Part shown: positions 37,101-44,275 of the stretch, in pieces
Layout of the letters: each line of letters begins with the position of its first letter
How positions within the stretch are numbered: position 1 is the first letter of the stretch
Source: Candidatus Omnitrophota bacterium
Lineage (GTDB): Bacteria > Omnitrophota > Gorgyraeia > Gygaellales > JAQTUX01
Reading direction: 5' to 3'
Assembly (NCBI GenBank): GCA_028707125.1
Contig: JAQTUX010000001.1
Span: 1,130,438-1,194,437 of the forward strand
Length of the DNA stretch: 64,000 bases
The notes under the pieces: model-generated
What the model was told of the DNA's origin: nothing
Databases searched by the model: none
The model's input: only the letters and a program-made list of their open reading frames with translations
Made by a program: the position numbers and the translations under genes

Positions 37101-38793
37101 TCTGATAATCAATATAATAAATACCTAATAAACCGCGCGCCTCCAACATAGGTTGCGGCTGCAGCCATGGTTGAAGATCTCCTTCTGTCATGGCAACAGC
37201 GATATAAATGTAGTCATCTTTGTTTACATTGAAGGCGTAAGTATCAGAAGAGTTGCCTGTTGAGATTGTGCTGGTGACCGTGGAGCCGAACTCAAGCTCG
37301 GTAATCTCGGGATTGCTTACGTCGCGCAGGGATATTGAGTAGCTGCCTGTCTTGTAATCATCGCCAGCCATTACATATATATAATAAGTACCTACTTGTG
37401 GCAGAGATATACTTAAGGAGGCCGAGTCCTCTATTCTTCTATAATCAAGAACGTTGCCCTCTGTATCATATACCTCTATGTAGGGCCGGAACTCACCAGA
37501 AGATTTGATAATGTCTATAAGTAAACAATTGGCTGATGTGGCTGTAAAACTATAGGCGTCAATCTCGGTAGGTGCTGATATGGAAGCAGATCGGGTTTGG
37601 CCGGATGAGAGAGCTGTTACTACCCCACCTGGGTTGTTGAACCGTTGAAGGGTAAAGGCATAATCGCCTGTGTTTGTGCCGGTATAATCAGAGACAATCA
37701 GTGTAAAGGTGCCTGAAGAAGCGAGTTTGCCTGATAGGTAGTTTCGTACCTCGAACATTACTGGTCCTAGTAAGACAGGGGCGCCTGATGAGTCCAAAAG
37801 TGCCAGATAAGGCAAAAGAGCGCCCCGGGTCTCAACCGCTAGAATAGAAATATAATCATCTTTGTTGGCGCTGAAAGTATAGGTTCTAATAGGGTTTTGT
37901 TTAGAAATAGTATCTATTATGGTCTGTCCAAAAGAGATCTGTCCAGCAGAGATAATGCGGCTTTTAGTCCCTCTAATCTTAATCCCGCTTGTCTCCTTCC
38001 AGCCAGATTCAAAATTATTTATGTCTTTGGCATATAAAGAGACGACCTCTCTTATATTGCGGCTGGTATTGTTTACGAATAGGATGGGCCATTTGACCTC
38101 TAACGTATTTCTTGAGCCGCTTATCTTGACTTCAGAGCAGTCCAACGTTGCCTGCCACTCAGTCAGGTCTACCTGTATGGTCCGCTCTGCGCCCGGGGCA
38201 TAGCCGCCGCTCCACTCTGAAAGATTACCCGAAGCATATAACCTATTCTCCTGTAGGTTATACCTAAAGTAAGCCCCTCCGATAGACATATATACATCCT
38301 GTAGGTCCTGCCAGCCGGCATTGTCAAAATAAGTGGCGCTAAGTTCCAATTGCTCATTGGAACGGACTATCTCATCCTCGGGACTAACTGAGCCCGTGTA
38401 GGGTGTGGAGTTGTGTATAATGGTGTATACGGCTGTCTTTTGGTCGGTCTCTACCCCGTCTGTTACCCAGAAGGTGATAGGGTGTGTTCCTACATCGGTT
38501 TCTTCTGGCATCCAGTAGAACCTGCCTGTCTGGGCGTCTAAAGTGGCGTTTCCCCGTAATCCTTCTGCGCCAAAGACCAGTTGATTTGTGCGGTTGTATT
38601 GAACTCGCAGCGTGAATGAAATCGGCCGGCTGCCGGCCATGATAGTGCGGCCTCTAATACCGTTTAACGTCAGGCCAACATTGGCTGAGGCAGATATATC
38701 TGCGAATGCAAATGGCAGGATAAACAAAAACAGGGATATACAGAATATCCCTGTTTTAATGGCGCGGATTATGGGCCTTTTGGTTTTAAGCAC
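31120..38793 (-). CDS. Giant secreted repeat protein (2557 aa): ~8 alternating PPC/pre-peptidase-C-terminal-like repeat pairs plus five C-terminal FlgD-Ig-like domains
   Basis: GTG start with AAGGA RBS, and a signal peptide. Recurring blocks ..NNPGGAVELSAGQT.SA.IS.PTEIDAY.FT...AGTYYIYV..D...TG.Y..SLQ and ..NPEI..LEFGSTVTGTIS...DTYTFNANKDDYIYI.. Ends with repeated PNPFSPDGDG...V.IYN..G..V..L...WDGKD..G..VP.G.Y units. Confidence 0.8.
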   Translation of the reverse strand: MLKTKRPIIRAIKTGIFCISLFLFILPFAFADISASANVGLTLNGIRGRTIMAGSRPISFTLRVQYNRTNQLVFGAEGLRGNATLDAQTGRFYWMPEETDVGTHPITFWVTDGVETDQKTAVYTIIHNSTPYTGSVSPEDEIVRSNEQLELSATYFDNAGWQDLQDVYMSIGGAYFRYNLQENRLYASGNLSEWSGGYAPGAERTIQVDLTEWQATLDCSEVKISGSRNTLEVKWPILFVNNTSRNIREVVSLYAKDINNFESGWKETSGIKIRGTKSRIISAGQISFGQTIIDTISKQNPIRTYTFSANKDDYISILAVETRGALLPYLALLDSSGAPVLLGPVMFEVRNYLSGKLASSGTFTLIVSDYTGTNTGDYAFTLQRFNNPGGVVTALSSGQTRSASISAPTEIDAYSFTATSANCLLIDIIKSSGEFRPYIEVYDTEGNVLDYRRIEDSASLSISLPQVGTYYIYVMAGDDYKTGSYSISLRDVSNPEITELEFGSTVTSTISTGNSSDTYAFNVNKDDYIYIAVAMTEGDLQPWLQPQPMLEARGLLGIYYIDYQTTAYLSGKITSSGTFNLTVSDYTGMRAGNYVLTAQRLNNPDGAVELSAGQTLSADISAPTEIDAYSFTSTSDGSLLIDLTKSSGSSELYVEAHDTKGNILGYKTIYDSGTLGILLPEGGPYYIYVMDSLLYNTGSYSISLRDVSNPEITELEFGSTVTGTISESSPVIYYTFSAEKDDYIYIPFANTGGSLQPQPQLFDASGLYLSEPYEEFPLMLIPGCLYGKLNSSGTFTLAVSDVSGTNTGDYTLTVQRMNNPGGTVELSDGQTLSASISSPTEIDAYRFTAASAGSLIINLIKTGGEFRPSVEIYDSRGDWLGAGDLVWDSTASLNFNVSLPRAGTYYVYVIDGTSYYTGDYSTGTYSITLQSTNNPDIPNLEFGSTVTGTISADSPSDTYTFNADKDDYIYIAAANTGGTLRPRLQLFGSATTYIESASTDTTFYRIEKADSSGTFTCIVSDYTGTNTGDYTLTAQRFNNPGGAVDITPNETVTSEISSPIDMDVYRFTVNEGDNLYADIRFSQVSGNSSFSPYVRLYDNKGGMVAEYASDRIVHLLSVTGTYHILISDDNVDAAGSYTITLQGVNSQEVPNLEFGSTVTGTISAASPATTYTFNANKDDQLYIPFAKTAGSNFKPHLQLFNSSGARIDYVSTTGSATLSKVLPATDRYALVVSDSTGTNTGNYSLTLQRLNNPGGAVELSAGQTISASILTPAEIDFYRFTSTSADFLFIDLIKSSGQFRPYIDIYNSEGKRLGTTSAYIYPESTVAFTLRVALPQAGTYYIHVGNDSDYGTGSYTITLQSVNNPQANLEFGSTVTGIVSAGRPVTTYTFNANKDDLIYVPFAKTSGNLSPRLKLYNSTGNLIESADTKYSWPQEGVNHLLQHLPYSGRFILSISDLTGQNTGNYALTLQRLNNPAGAVALTAGQTIDTTISKPTEIDAYSFTVSAADALIINLTWAIGTFIPYIVVFDDKGNPLESDYTYTSTSLNVPLARAGTYYIYVRDKDNYKTGVYKMSVQSVNNPDITQLSFGTTVTGAISSDSPTATYSLSVSKDDNIYILFAKIGGGDKFRPYLRLFDSQGGDIASGDTRTASCLFVRPATAGTFMLTVTDHSGIHTGTYALTAQRMNDPAQAEEISLGQSKSGLLSPLIPLKSYTFNANKDDYIYVALAKTGGSSNFNVSAALYDDTGNHLNSTSTATDTIDNHFMEKLPKTGRYALILTDYEYVNIIDTTYVSSGNYSFSLQRLNNPAGAVALTAGQTIDAAISAPAEIDAYSFTVSAADTLIINLIKTTGVFTPYIAVYDDNGNQLNRIYTSTSTSLSVSLARAGTYYIYAMDYNNYKTGGYKMSVQNLNNPANATNIAFGETVTSEISSPIDMDVYRFTINEGDNLYADICFSKVSGNNYFSPYVWLYDNAGKMIADSTSGSIIHSLPAAGIYYIFVSDHNIDARGSYSISLSNEIPDIGDISVMPNPFSPDESGTWVDIDTGEIFNDPGPNRILDDIANISFTTTKQGFFDIKVLDSNGQIVRQFVYGVLTPEPQSNLINLQWNGRDQNGNPVPNGTYTLIVNAGSVNRQKAATINVSKNVFITTARITPNPFSPDGDGVDETTAISYSLSENSYVSVEIYNQQSALVRKLTDNQFLSYGNHSTIWDGKDEQGAYLPEGRYTIKIGARAENGEEVSSVYLNVSILFISNIRISTDKINPYTGGAVTISYRMSHEGILSIKVYNSRDELVKNIILNQDRQAGAYSESWDGKDNTGRIVPDGAYYFIIEDSAGGRPMVVYDPRGTGGRDISKSITLSAGDFKPLLNQFCVINYTLPQAAKINLKVRYERYSGPAVRVLKYQEPVSSGMHQILWDGRDEAGNFVNPADFTFAIWGYTLDENSIMVVGGRPVISRPAVGPMRFSPYDNPYSTSVSESIISFILPRDANVTINIYDSEGNPVRNLLNNHPCAQGSNSFIWDGRNNQGKLLAEGFYRAVIQAEKDGNYSEGYTLHTEIFY
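32950..37900. repeat. Intragenic tandem DNA repeats (~360-750 nt period) within the giant gene
   Basis: Recurrent near-identical stretches, e.g. gggttgttgagccgctgcag, gtagatat(a/c)gtcgtccttgttggc, and gaccgtggagccgaactcaagctcggtaatctcgggattgcttacgtcgcgcagggatattgagtagctgcctgt, which occurs twice exactly. Confidence 0.6.
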
Positions 38794-38834
38794 TGTGTTC
38801 TTTCCTTATGTTTCGGGCTGACCCGTGCCCTGAC

Positions 38835-38860
38835 GTAGGGGACATTTAAATGTCCCCTAC
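38835..38860. promoter_or_regulatory. Perfect 26-bp palindrome GTAGGGGACATTTAAATGTCCCCTAC between the RR gene stop and the giant gene start
   Basis: 11-bp arms around a TTAA centre. It lies 42-67 nt upstream of the GTG start at 38793 and has no U-tract. An AGGGGAC half-site recurs at 38911-38918. Confidence 0.35.
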
Positions 38861-38930
38861 AAATCATAATAAATATACCCTATAATAAACCGCTTGTCAA
38901 GCACCTTATATGAAAGGTTGAGGGGACTTA

Positions 38931-39317
38931 TTATTTCTTCTTACTTGCGGATTTGACGAGCTTCATTACGACTTTTTCTAATTCATCCAGCTGCAGCGGC
39001 TTGTGGATATAGCTGACAGCGCCAAGTTCTTCCGCCTGACGGCCGGAGCCGTCTTTTTCCGGCTCCCTGCCGGTAACCATCACTACCTTGACATCTTTAT
39101 CGGTTTCCCTTATGCGCCGTAAGGTTTCTATGCCGTCTATGCCTCCCGGCATAAGTATATCCAGCAGGATTATCCGCGGCTTCTCTTTTGCTACCTTGCG
39201 CAGCGCCTCCTCGCCGTTAGCGGCAATGCACACGTCAACATCGCGCTTACTGAAAAATCTGGCGGCAAATTCTCGAACATCGGCTTCATCATCCACAATC
39301 ATCAGTTTAACCTTCAT
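38931..39317 (-). CDS. Single-domain response regulator (CheY-like receiver)
   Basis: IVDDEADVRE...LLDILMPGGIDGIE...K motif set. Confidence 0.8.
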   Translation of the reverse strand: MKVKLMIVDDEADVREFAARFFSKRDVDVCIAANGEEALRKVAKEKPRIILLDILMPGGIDGIETLRRIRETDKDVKVVMVTGREPEKDGSGRQAEELGAVSYIHKPLQLDELEKVVMKLVKSASKKK

Positions 39318-39327
39318 GTTGCACCTC

Positions 39328-42231
39328 CTACGCTAGCGGTAAATGGATAATAAACTTGGTGCCTTTGCCATGTTCTGACTCAACCTCAACCGAACCTTTA
39401 TGCATTTCGGAGATTATGCGCCTGATAACGTAAAGCCCCAGGCCTGTCCCCTTGTTCGCGGTGGCCTTGGTAGTGAAAAACGGCGTGAACATCTTCTTCA
39501 AATTCCCCTCTTTTACGCCCATGCCGTTATCCTCCACGACGATCTCCAGGGACTTGCCCTCCGGCCGCGCGGAAATCCTTATCCTGCCCTTGTATCCCTC
39601 TTCCTTTAACGTTTCCTTGCGTTCCTTGATCGCGTCGTAGCCGTTATCAATCAAATTGAAGAACACTTCCTGCAGCTGGACTAAATTACCGTAGATTTTA
39701 TGGTCTTTTTCGGGATAATCCTTGACCAGTTCAAAATCCGCCAGCTTGACCTTGTATTGCACCATTTCCAGCGTATTCTCAATGATCTCGCTCAGGGATA
39801 CAGCCTTAAATCCTTCTTCGCCTTTCTTACTGTATTTCAACAGGCCCTTGACTATTTCGCCTCCCTGAAGAACATTTGCCTGGACCCTGCCAAAGGCATA
39901 TTCTAATTCATCAAATAATTCCCGCATCTCCTTGCCTTGAACGCCTTTTTCTTTCTCAAAGATCTTTAATGTATCCAGCGTGTTTCCGGAAATCAGGGCC
40001 AGAGCGTGGAAACGGTTGTTTATCTGATGGGAAAGCCCGTCTGCCATAGTGCCGATGGTAGCCATTTTCTCTGCCTGCGCTATCTGTTCCTGCATCTCCT
40101 GCGCCTCCTGGTAGAATTCGGCGTTCTCAATTGCCAGGGCCGCCTGGCTGGCGAGCACAGAAAACACATTGATATCTTCAGGCGTATAGGGCTTGCCGGA
40201 AAATTTATCGCCAAGCGCGAGAAACCCCAAAAACTTATCCTCCAGAAAAGTCGGCACTATCATATTCGCCTCAAGCATAGCCATTTGTTCAAGCGCGCCG
40301 GAAACATTCGTATCAAATTCATCCTGGACCTGCTGTTTTAACTCATCGTATACAAACGGTTCTTTCATGTCGGACATCAGCGTGGTCAATGGACTTGACG
40401 CGTTGATTTCCCGCGGATAGGCAGCGCTGTCCTTGCCTCTCTGCGATTTTAAGACAAAGCAGCCATTTTTTTCGTCTAAAAGATAGATCGCCACGCGTTT
40501 AATCTTTACTATCTTGGTAAGAACATGAGTAATGAGATTCAGCAGCCGCTGAAGGTTGCGCACGCGCGTCATTCCTCTGGATGCCTGTTTCAGGGTATTG
40601 TGATACCTATTTTGTTCCCACAACAGACGCTCCTCTGCTCTATGTTGAATATATAGGTAAATATACGGACCTGAGGTTGCTAAGGCAGCCATTAACCCTA
40701 AAGGCGCTATCCACCATCTGCCGCCAAATAAGGTAATGAGTGTGCTACTGCCCCAGGTGGCAAGGGCAAAAGGAAGGCCTAAAACCAGCGTATACACAAA
40801 AACGAATATGCCGGCGCGGGTAAGGGCGATATTGATATTAAGAAGCCGGAATTTTAAGATCGCGTAGGTAACAACACAGGCATACAGAACAATACCAAAA
40901 TTGCCAAAAGGATAAAAAATGTCTATGCCGAATTCCGGCAGGAATGTTGAAGTGCCTCCGATAAACCCGCATAAAAATCCAAATATTATATAAAGAGCTT
41001 GGGTTCGCTGAGTGCCCCTGGATTTTCCAAGGAATCTGGTAAGTTCAAAATAACTCAAAACAATTAAAGACACATAGCAAATAATTCCTAACAAAAGTAA
41101 CGGCGTAACTTCGTTATAATAAATCCCAAAGGCAACTCTAGTCTTATTTATAAGATAAGGGGTACATAAATTTAATATATTGAATAAAATGGCTTGCGTA
41201 TACGCGAATTGTAATACCCGCCTTCGTGATACCTTGCATAATACGCACACCAGATGATAGAAGAACGTCCCTATAAAAAATCCGCCGAAATGAGCGATCT
41301 TCCAACCTAATATTCCAATCGATTCTCTAGTAGCTACACCCGCTATAAATGAGCCGACACCCCAGAAAGTCACAGCAATATTAAACAGCATTAATAATCT
41401 ATGTAATTTAGTTTTGCCGACAACCAAAGTAATAAAAGACAAAATAAAGCAGAAAACTCCCACCGTTAAACCAGCCAATGCAAACAAATTCATTAACAAG
41501 AATCCTATGGGCATACCTACAACTAAAGCAAGGATCATAGCGTAGACGGCTATTCGCGAGAAGGCGATCCGGATATCCATAAACCTATATTTTAAAATTG
41601 CGTAAGTAATAATTGAACAATATATTAATATACTAAAATTGCCTACTGGATAAACATCAAGCCCGAATTCCGGTAAGAATGTTGAAATTCCACCTAAAAA
41701 GCCAATAAGGAATCCCGAAATCATATAAATAGTCTGCCGGCGCTTTTCTGCTTTGGTACTCGGTAAATATTTTAATAATTCATAGAAACTTGAACATACA
41801 AGTGATAACCATATTATTACAGTCGCAAAATAAAATAACGTCCCTTCATTAATATATATTGAATTAAAAGCGAATCTTACTCTATTTATAACTAGGTCTG
41901 TCATAAAAATAAGAGAAAGCATGATTAACCCAGTTACATAAATTGTAAGAACCGTCTTTTTTCTTTTAAGGCCGCAAAACACACATACCATATGATAAAA
42001 AAGTATACCTATGGGAATACCTCCGAGATGCGCAATCTTCCAACCCAAGATTGCTTTCGATGGGGTAGATGATATTCCCGCAATGAATAAACCCAATCCC
42101 CATAGAAGTACAGCGCCGTTAAAAAAGGCTAATATTCTATGTAGTTTGGTTTTACCATATATTAACGATACGAACATCAACACTAAGCCAAAAATAGATA
42201 CCAATAATCCTGACAGCGCAAATAGATTCAT
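39328..42231 (-). CDS. Sensor histidine kinase: tandem duplicated 7TM N-domain, GAF, HisKA, HATPase_c
   Basis: Two ~240-aa membrane repeats both start MNLFAL(S/A)GL... GAF region present. HisKA LSHQINNRFHAL. ATPase motifs DNGMGV...GTGLGL. Confidence 0.8.
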   Translation of the reverse strand: MNLFALSGLLVSIFGLVLMFVSLIYGKTKLHRILAFFNGAVLLWGLGLFIAGISSTPSKAILGWKIAHLGGIPIGILFYHMVCVFCGLKRKKTVLTIYVTGLIMLSLIFMTDLVINRVRFAFNSIYINEGTLFYFATVIIWLSLVCSSFYELLKYLPSTKAEKRRQTIYMISGFLIGFLGGISTFLPEFGLDVYPVGNFSILIYCSIITYAILKYRFMDIRIAFSRIAVYAMILALVVGMPIGFLLMNLFALAGLTVGVFCFILSFITLVVGKTKLHRLLMLFNIAVTFWGVGSFIAGVATRESIGILGWKIAHFGGFFIGTFFYHLVCVLCKVSRRRVLQFAYTQAILFNILNLCTPYLINKTRVAFGIYYNEVTPLLLLGIICYVSLIVLSYFELTRFLGKSRGTQRTQALYIIFGFLCGFIGGTSTFLPEFGIDIFYPFGNFGIVLYACVVTYAILKFRLLNINIALTRAGIFVFVYTLVLGLPFALATWGSSTLITLFGGRWWIAPLGLMAALATSGPYIYLYIQHRAEERLLWEQNRYHNTLKQASRGMTRVRNLQRLLNLITHVLTKIVKIKRVAIYLLDEKNGCFVLKSQRGKDSAAYPREINASSPLTTLMSDMKEPFVYDELKQQVQDEFDTNVSGALEQMAMLEANMIVPTFLEDKFLGFLALGDKFSGKPYTPEDINVFSVLASQAALAIENAEFYQEAQEMQEQIAQAEKMATIGTMADGLSHQINNRFHALALISGNTLDTLKIFEKEKGVQGKEMRELFDELEYAFGRVQANVLQGGEIVKGLLKYSKKGEEGFKAVSLSEIIENTLEMVQYKVKLADFELVKDYPEKDHKIYGNLVQLQEVFFNLIDNGYDAIKERKETLKEEGYKGRIRISARPEGKSLEIVVEDNGMGVKEGNLKKMFTPFFTTKATANKGTGLGLYVIRRIISEMHKGSVEVESEHGKGTKFIIHLPLA

Positions 42232-43760
42232 GTCTTACCCTTACTTTTTTTTATCTTGTTTTTATTTAAAATTGCCTCTGCCGCCTGTTCTCCTGCGTAT
42301 AAAACCATGGATACGCCACCGCCCATACGCGTCCAGGCGCTTGCCAAATATAGGTTCCTTATGGGGGTTCTGTTGTCTAGCCGGTTCATACCGCTCTGAG
42401 ATACAACCTGGCTCCACCCGTAAACTGCTCCTTTATAATTTCCGGTATACCTTTCCATCGTTACGGGCGTGGCTACCTCAACTTTCTCAATATAAGAAGA
42501 TAGATTCGGTATGATCTTTTCGCTGGCCTTGATCAATTCCCGCGAAACCCTTATTTTCTCCTGCAAGTACTGCTCTTTTGTTAATTTAGCCCAAGAGTCA
42601 TAATAAGAAAAGAAAGTAATCCCCATGCTGAATTTTCCTTGCGGGGCCGCGTCGGGATCGATATTAGAATATAACGTCAAACAGAACAATGCATCTTTTA
42701 TGTCAAACTCTCCGGAACATGCAGCGAATTGCTTATTAATATCATAATGCGGATTATAAAAAATCTCATAATCTGAAAATCCCAATTCTCTCAAATCTCT
42801 GTTTAATCCTAAATATACCTGAGCGATAGAGATTGACGGCTCCATCTGCCGAATCTTACTAATAAATTTTACCGGCAGATATTGTTCGCCAATCAATTCA
42901 AGAAAAGTCATACGCGCGTCAACATTTGAGATAAAAAAACTGGCGGAAAATTCTTCGCCTTTATCGGTTATAACCTTTTTTGCGTTCTTATTTTCTAGAA
43001 CTATCTTAGTAATTTTAGAATTTAGTAATACCACCCCTCCATATTCCTTGGTGCTATGTAAAAGGGCATCTGTAATGCTCTGTACGCCTCCCTTTAAATA
43101 ATAACCGCCATTGCGAAAGAAATCATAGGAAGGAAAGACAAAATAAACAGAGGACAATTTATCAAATGGCAGGCCATAATATGGCCAAAACTGCCCAATT
43201 ATAACTTTTAACCTCTCATCTTTTATAAACCTGTCTAATAAATTCTTGTATGGTTTATTGTGATATTTAAATAATGTACGATATTTAAATGGGAGAAAGG
43301 AAGACTCTATGTTCAAGGGTAGATCAGAATACACAAACTTTCTTATATCGGAATATAATTTAGCCATTTCCTTAAATAATTTCTCAATACCTTTCCGTTC
43401 TGAAGGAAAATAGTTTGCTAAAGCACCTATCTGTCCGGAAGAATCAAATTGAGGTAATCGGAAATCAAGATCAGGATATATGGAACGGTATAAATATTGC
43501 GACCTTAGAAAATTAACTCTATTTAGTGCCCCGCATTTTTTAAGGACATTATAAGAAAGCCCTCCTTCACTACAACCATTCATCAAATGCAGCGAGGCGT
43601 CAAAATTAAAATCTCCCCGCCGGAAATTCACGGCATAGCCGCCGGCGACATGGTTTTTCTCCAGGACCAGCACCTTTTTACCGTTTTTTGCCAAGATGGC
43701 GGCTGCGGTTAAGCCGCCTATCCCTGCGCCGATTATGATGACATCGTATTTATTGCTCAT
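42228..43760 (-). CDS. FAD-dependent oxidoreductase, phytoene desaturase (CrtI)-like family
   Basis: N-terminal Rossmann YDVIIIGAGIGGLTAAAILAKNGKKVLVLEKNHVAGG. ~510 aa. C-terminal CrtI-like region. Confidence 0.65.
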   Translation of the reverse strand: MSNKYDVIIIGAGIGGLTAAAILAKNGKKVLVLEKNHVAGGYAVNFRRGDFNFDASLHLMNGCSEGGLSYNVLKKCGALNRVNFLRSQYLYRSIYPDLDFRLPQFDSSGQIGALANYFPSERKGIEKLFKEMAKLYSDIRKFVYSDLPLNIESSFLPFKYRTLFKYHNKPYKNLLDRFIKDERLKVIIGQFWPYYGLPFDKLSSVYFVFPSYDFFRNGGYYLKGGVQSITDALLHSTKEYGGVVLLNSKITKIVLENKNAKKVITDKGEEFSASFFISNVDARMTFLELIGEQYLPVKFISKIRQMEPSISIAQVYLGLNRDLRELGFSDYEIFYNPHYDINKQFAACSGEFDIKDALFCLTLYSNIDPDAAPQGKFSMGITFFSYYDSWAKLTKEQYLQEKIRVSRELIKASEKIIPNLSSYIEKVEVATPVTMERYTGNYKGAVYGWSQVVSQSGMNRLDNRTPIRNLYLASAWTRMGGGVSMVLYAGEQAAEAILNKNKIKKSKGKT

Positions 43761-43788
43761 TTAAGTCGCCATTCAAATTAAATATAAA

Positions 43789-43865
43789 TCATCAACTTCA
43801 AAACCCTAAACACTAAACTCTAAACACTAAACAAACCCAAAACATAAAACACAAAACTCAAAACA
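43789..43865. repeat. G-free AC-rich tract (CTAAAC/AAAC low-complexity) flanking the four-helix-bundle gene
   Basis: ~77 nt with no G on the plus strand. Complementary in composition, and partly in sequence, to the GT-only tract at 44196..44270. Confidence 0.7.
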
Positions 43866-44225
43866 TTACTTGGATTTCTCAACTATGGAGCCGAAAATCT
43901 TTGTTAACTCAGTTGCCTCCTGGATCAAGGCATCCCTTTCCTGAATTTGACCGTCCTTTGGCTCGGTTAACTCAAGCCAATACCTGCTTTCTTTTGCTTC
44001 TTTCCTTGATATTTTTATTCTCATTATGAAATCTTTCTTGCTAAGGGATTCTTCGGCTTCAATATAATTGGCTCCAACAGAACCTGAGGCCCTAATAAGC
44101 TGAACTCCATCTTCAATATCGGCGATACTTCTCGGTAAATCTTTTATATAATTCCTGACTCTTATTGCAAATTTCTTTGTCCTCTCTCCTAAGTCATATG
44201 GTTTTGGGTTTTGAGTTTGGGTCAT
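43866..44225 (-). CDS. Four-helix-bundle protein (TIGR02436, '23S rRNA-intervening sequence protein' family)
   Basis: 119 aa with ...ASGSVGANYIEAEESLSKKDFIMRIKISRKEAKESRYWLEL... typical of this family. Confidence 0.7.
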   Translation of the reverse strand: MTQTQNPKPYDLGERTKKFAIRVRNYIKDLPRSIADIEDGVQLIRASGSVGANYIEAEESLSKKDFIMRIKISRKEAKESRYWLELTEPKDGQIQERDALIQEATELTKIFGSIVEKSK

Positions 44226-44270
44226 TTGGGTTTATTTAGAGTTTAGGGTTTCGGGTTTAGTGTTTGTTTT
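44196..44270. repeat. C-free GT-rich tract, inverted partner of 43789..43865
   Basis: ~75 nt with no C on the plus strand (ggttttgggttttgagtttggg...gtttagggtttcgggtttagtgtttgtttt). It overlaps the first 10 codons of the gene. Confidence 0.7.
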
Positions 44271-44275
44271 ATTGT

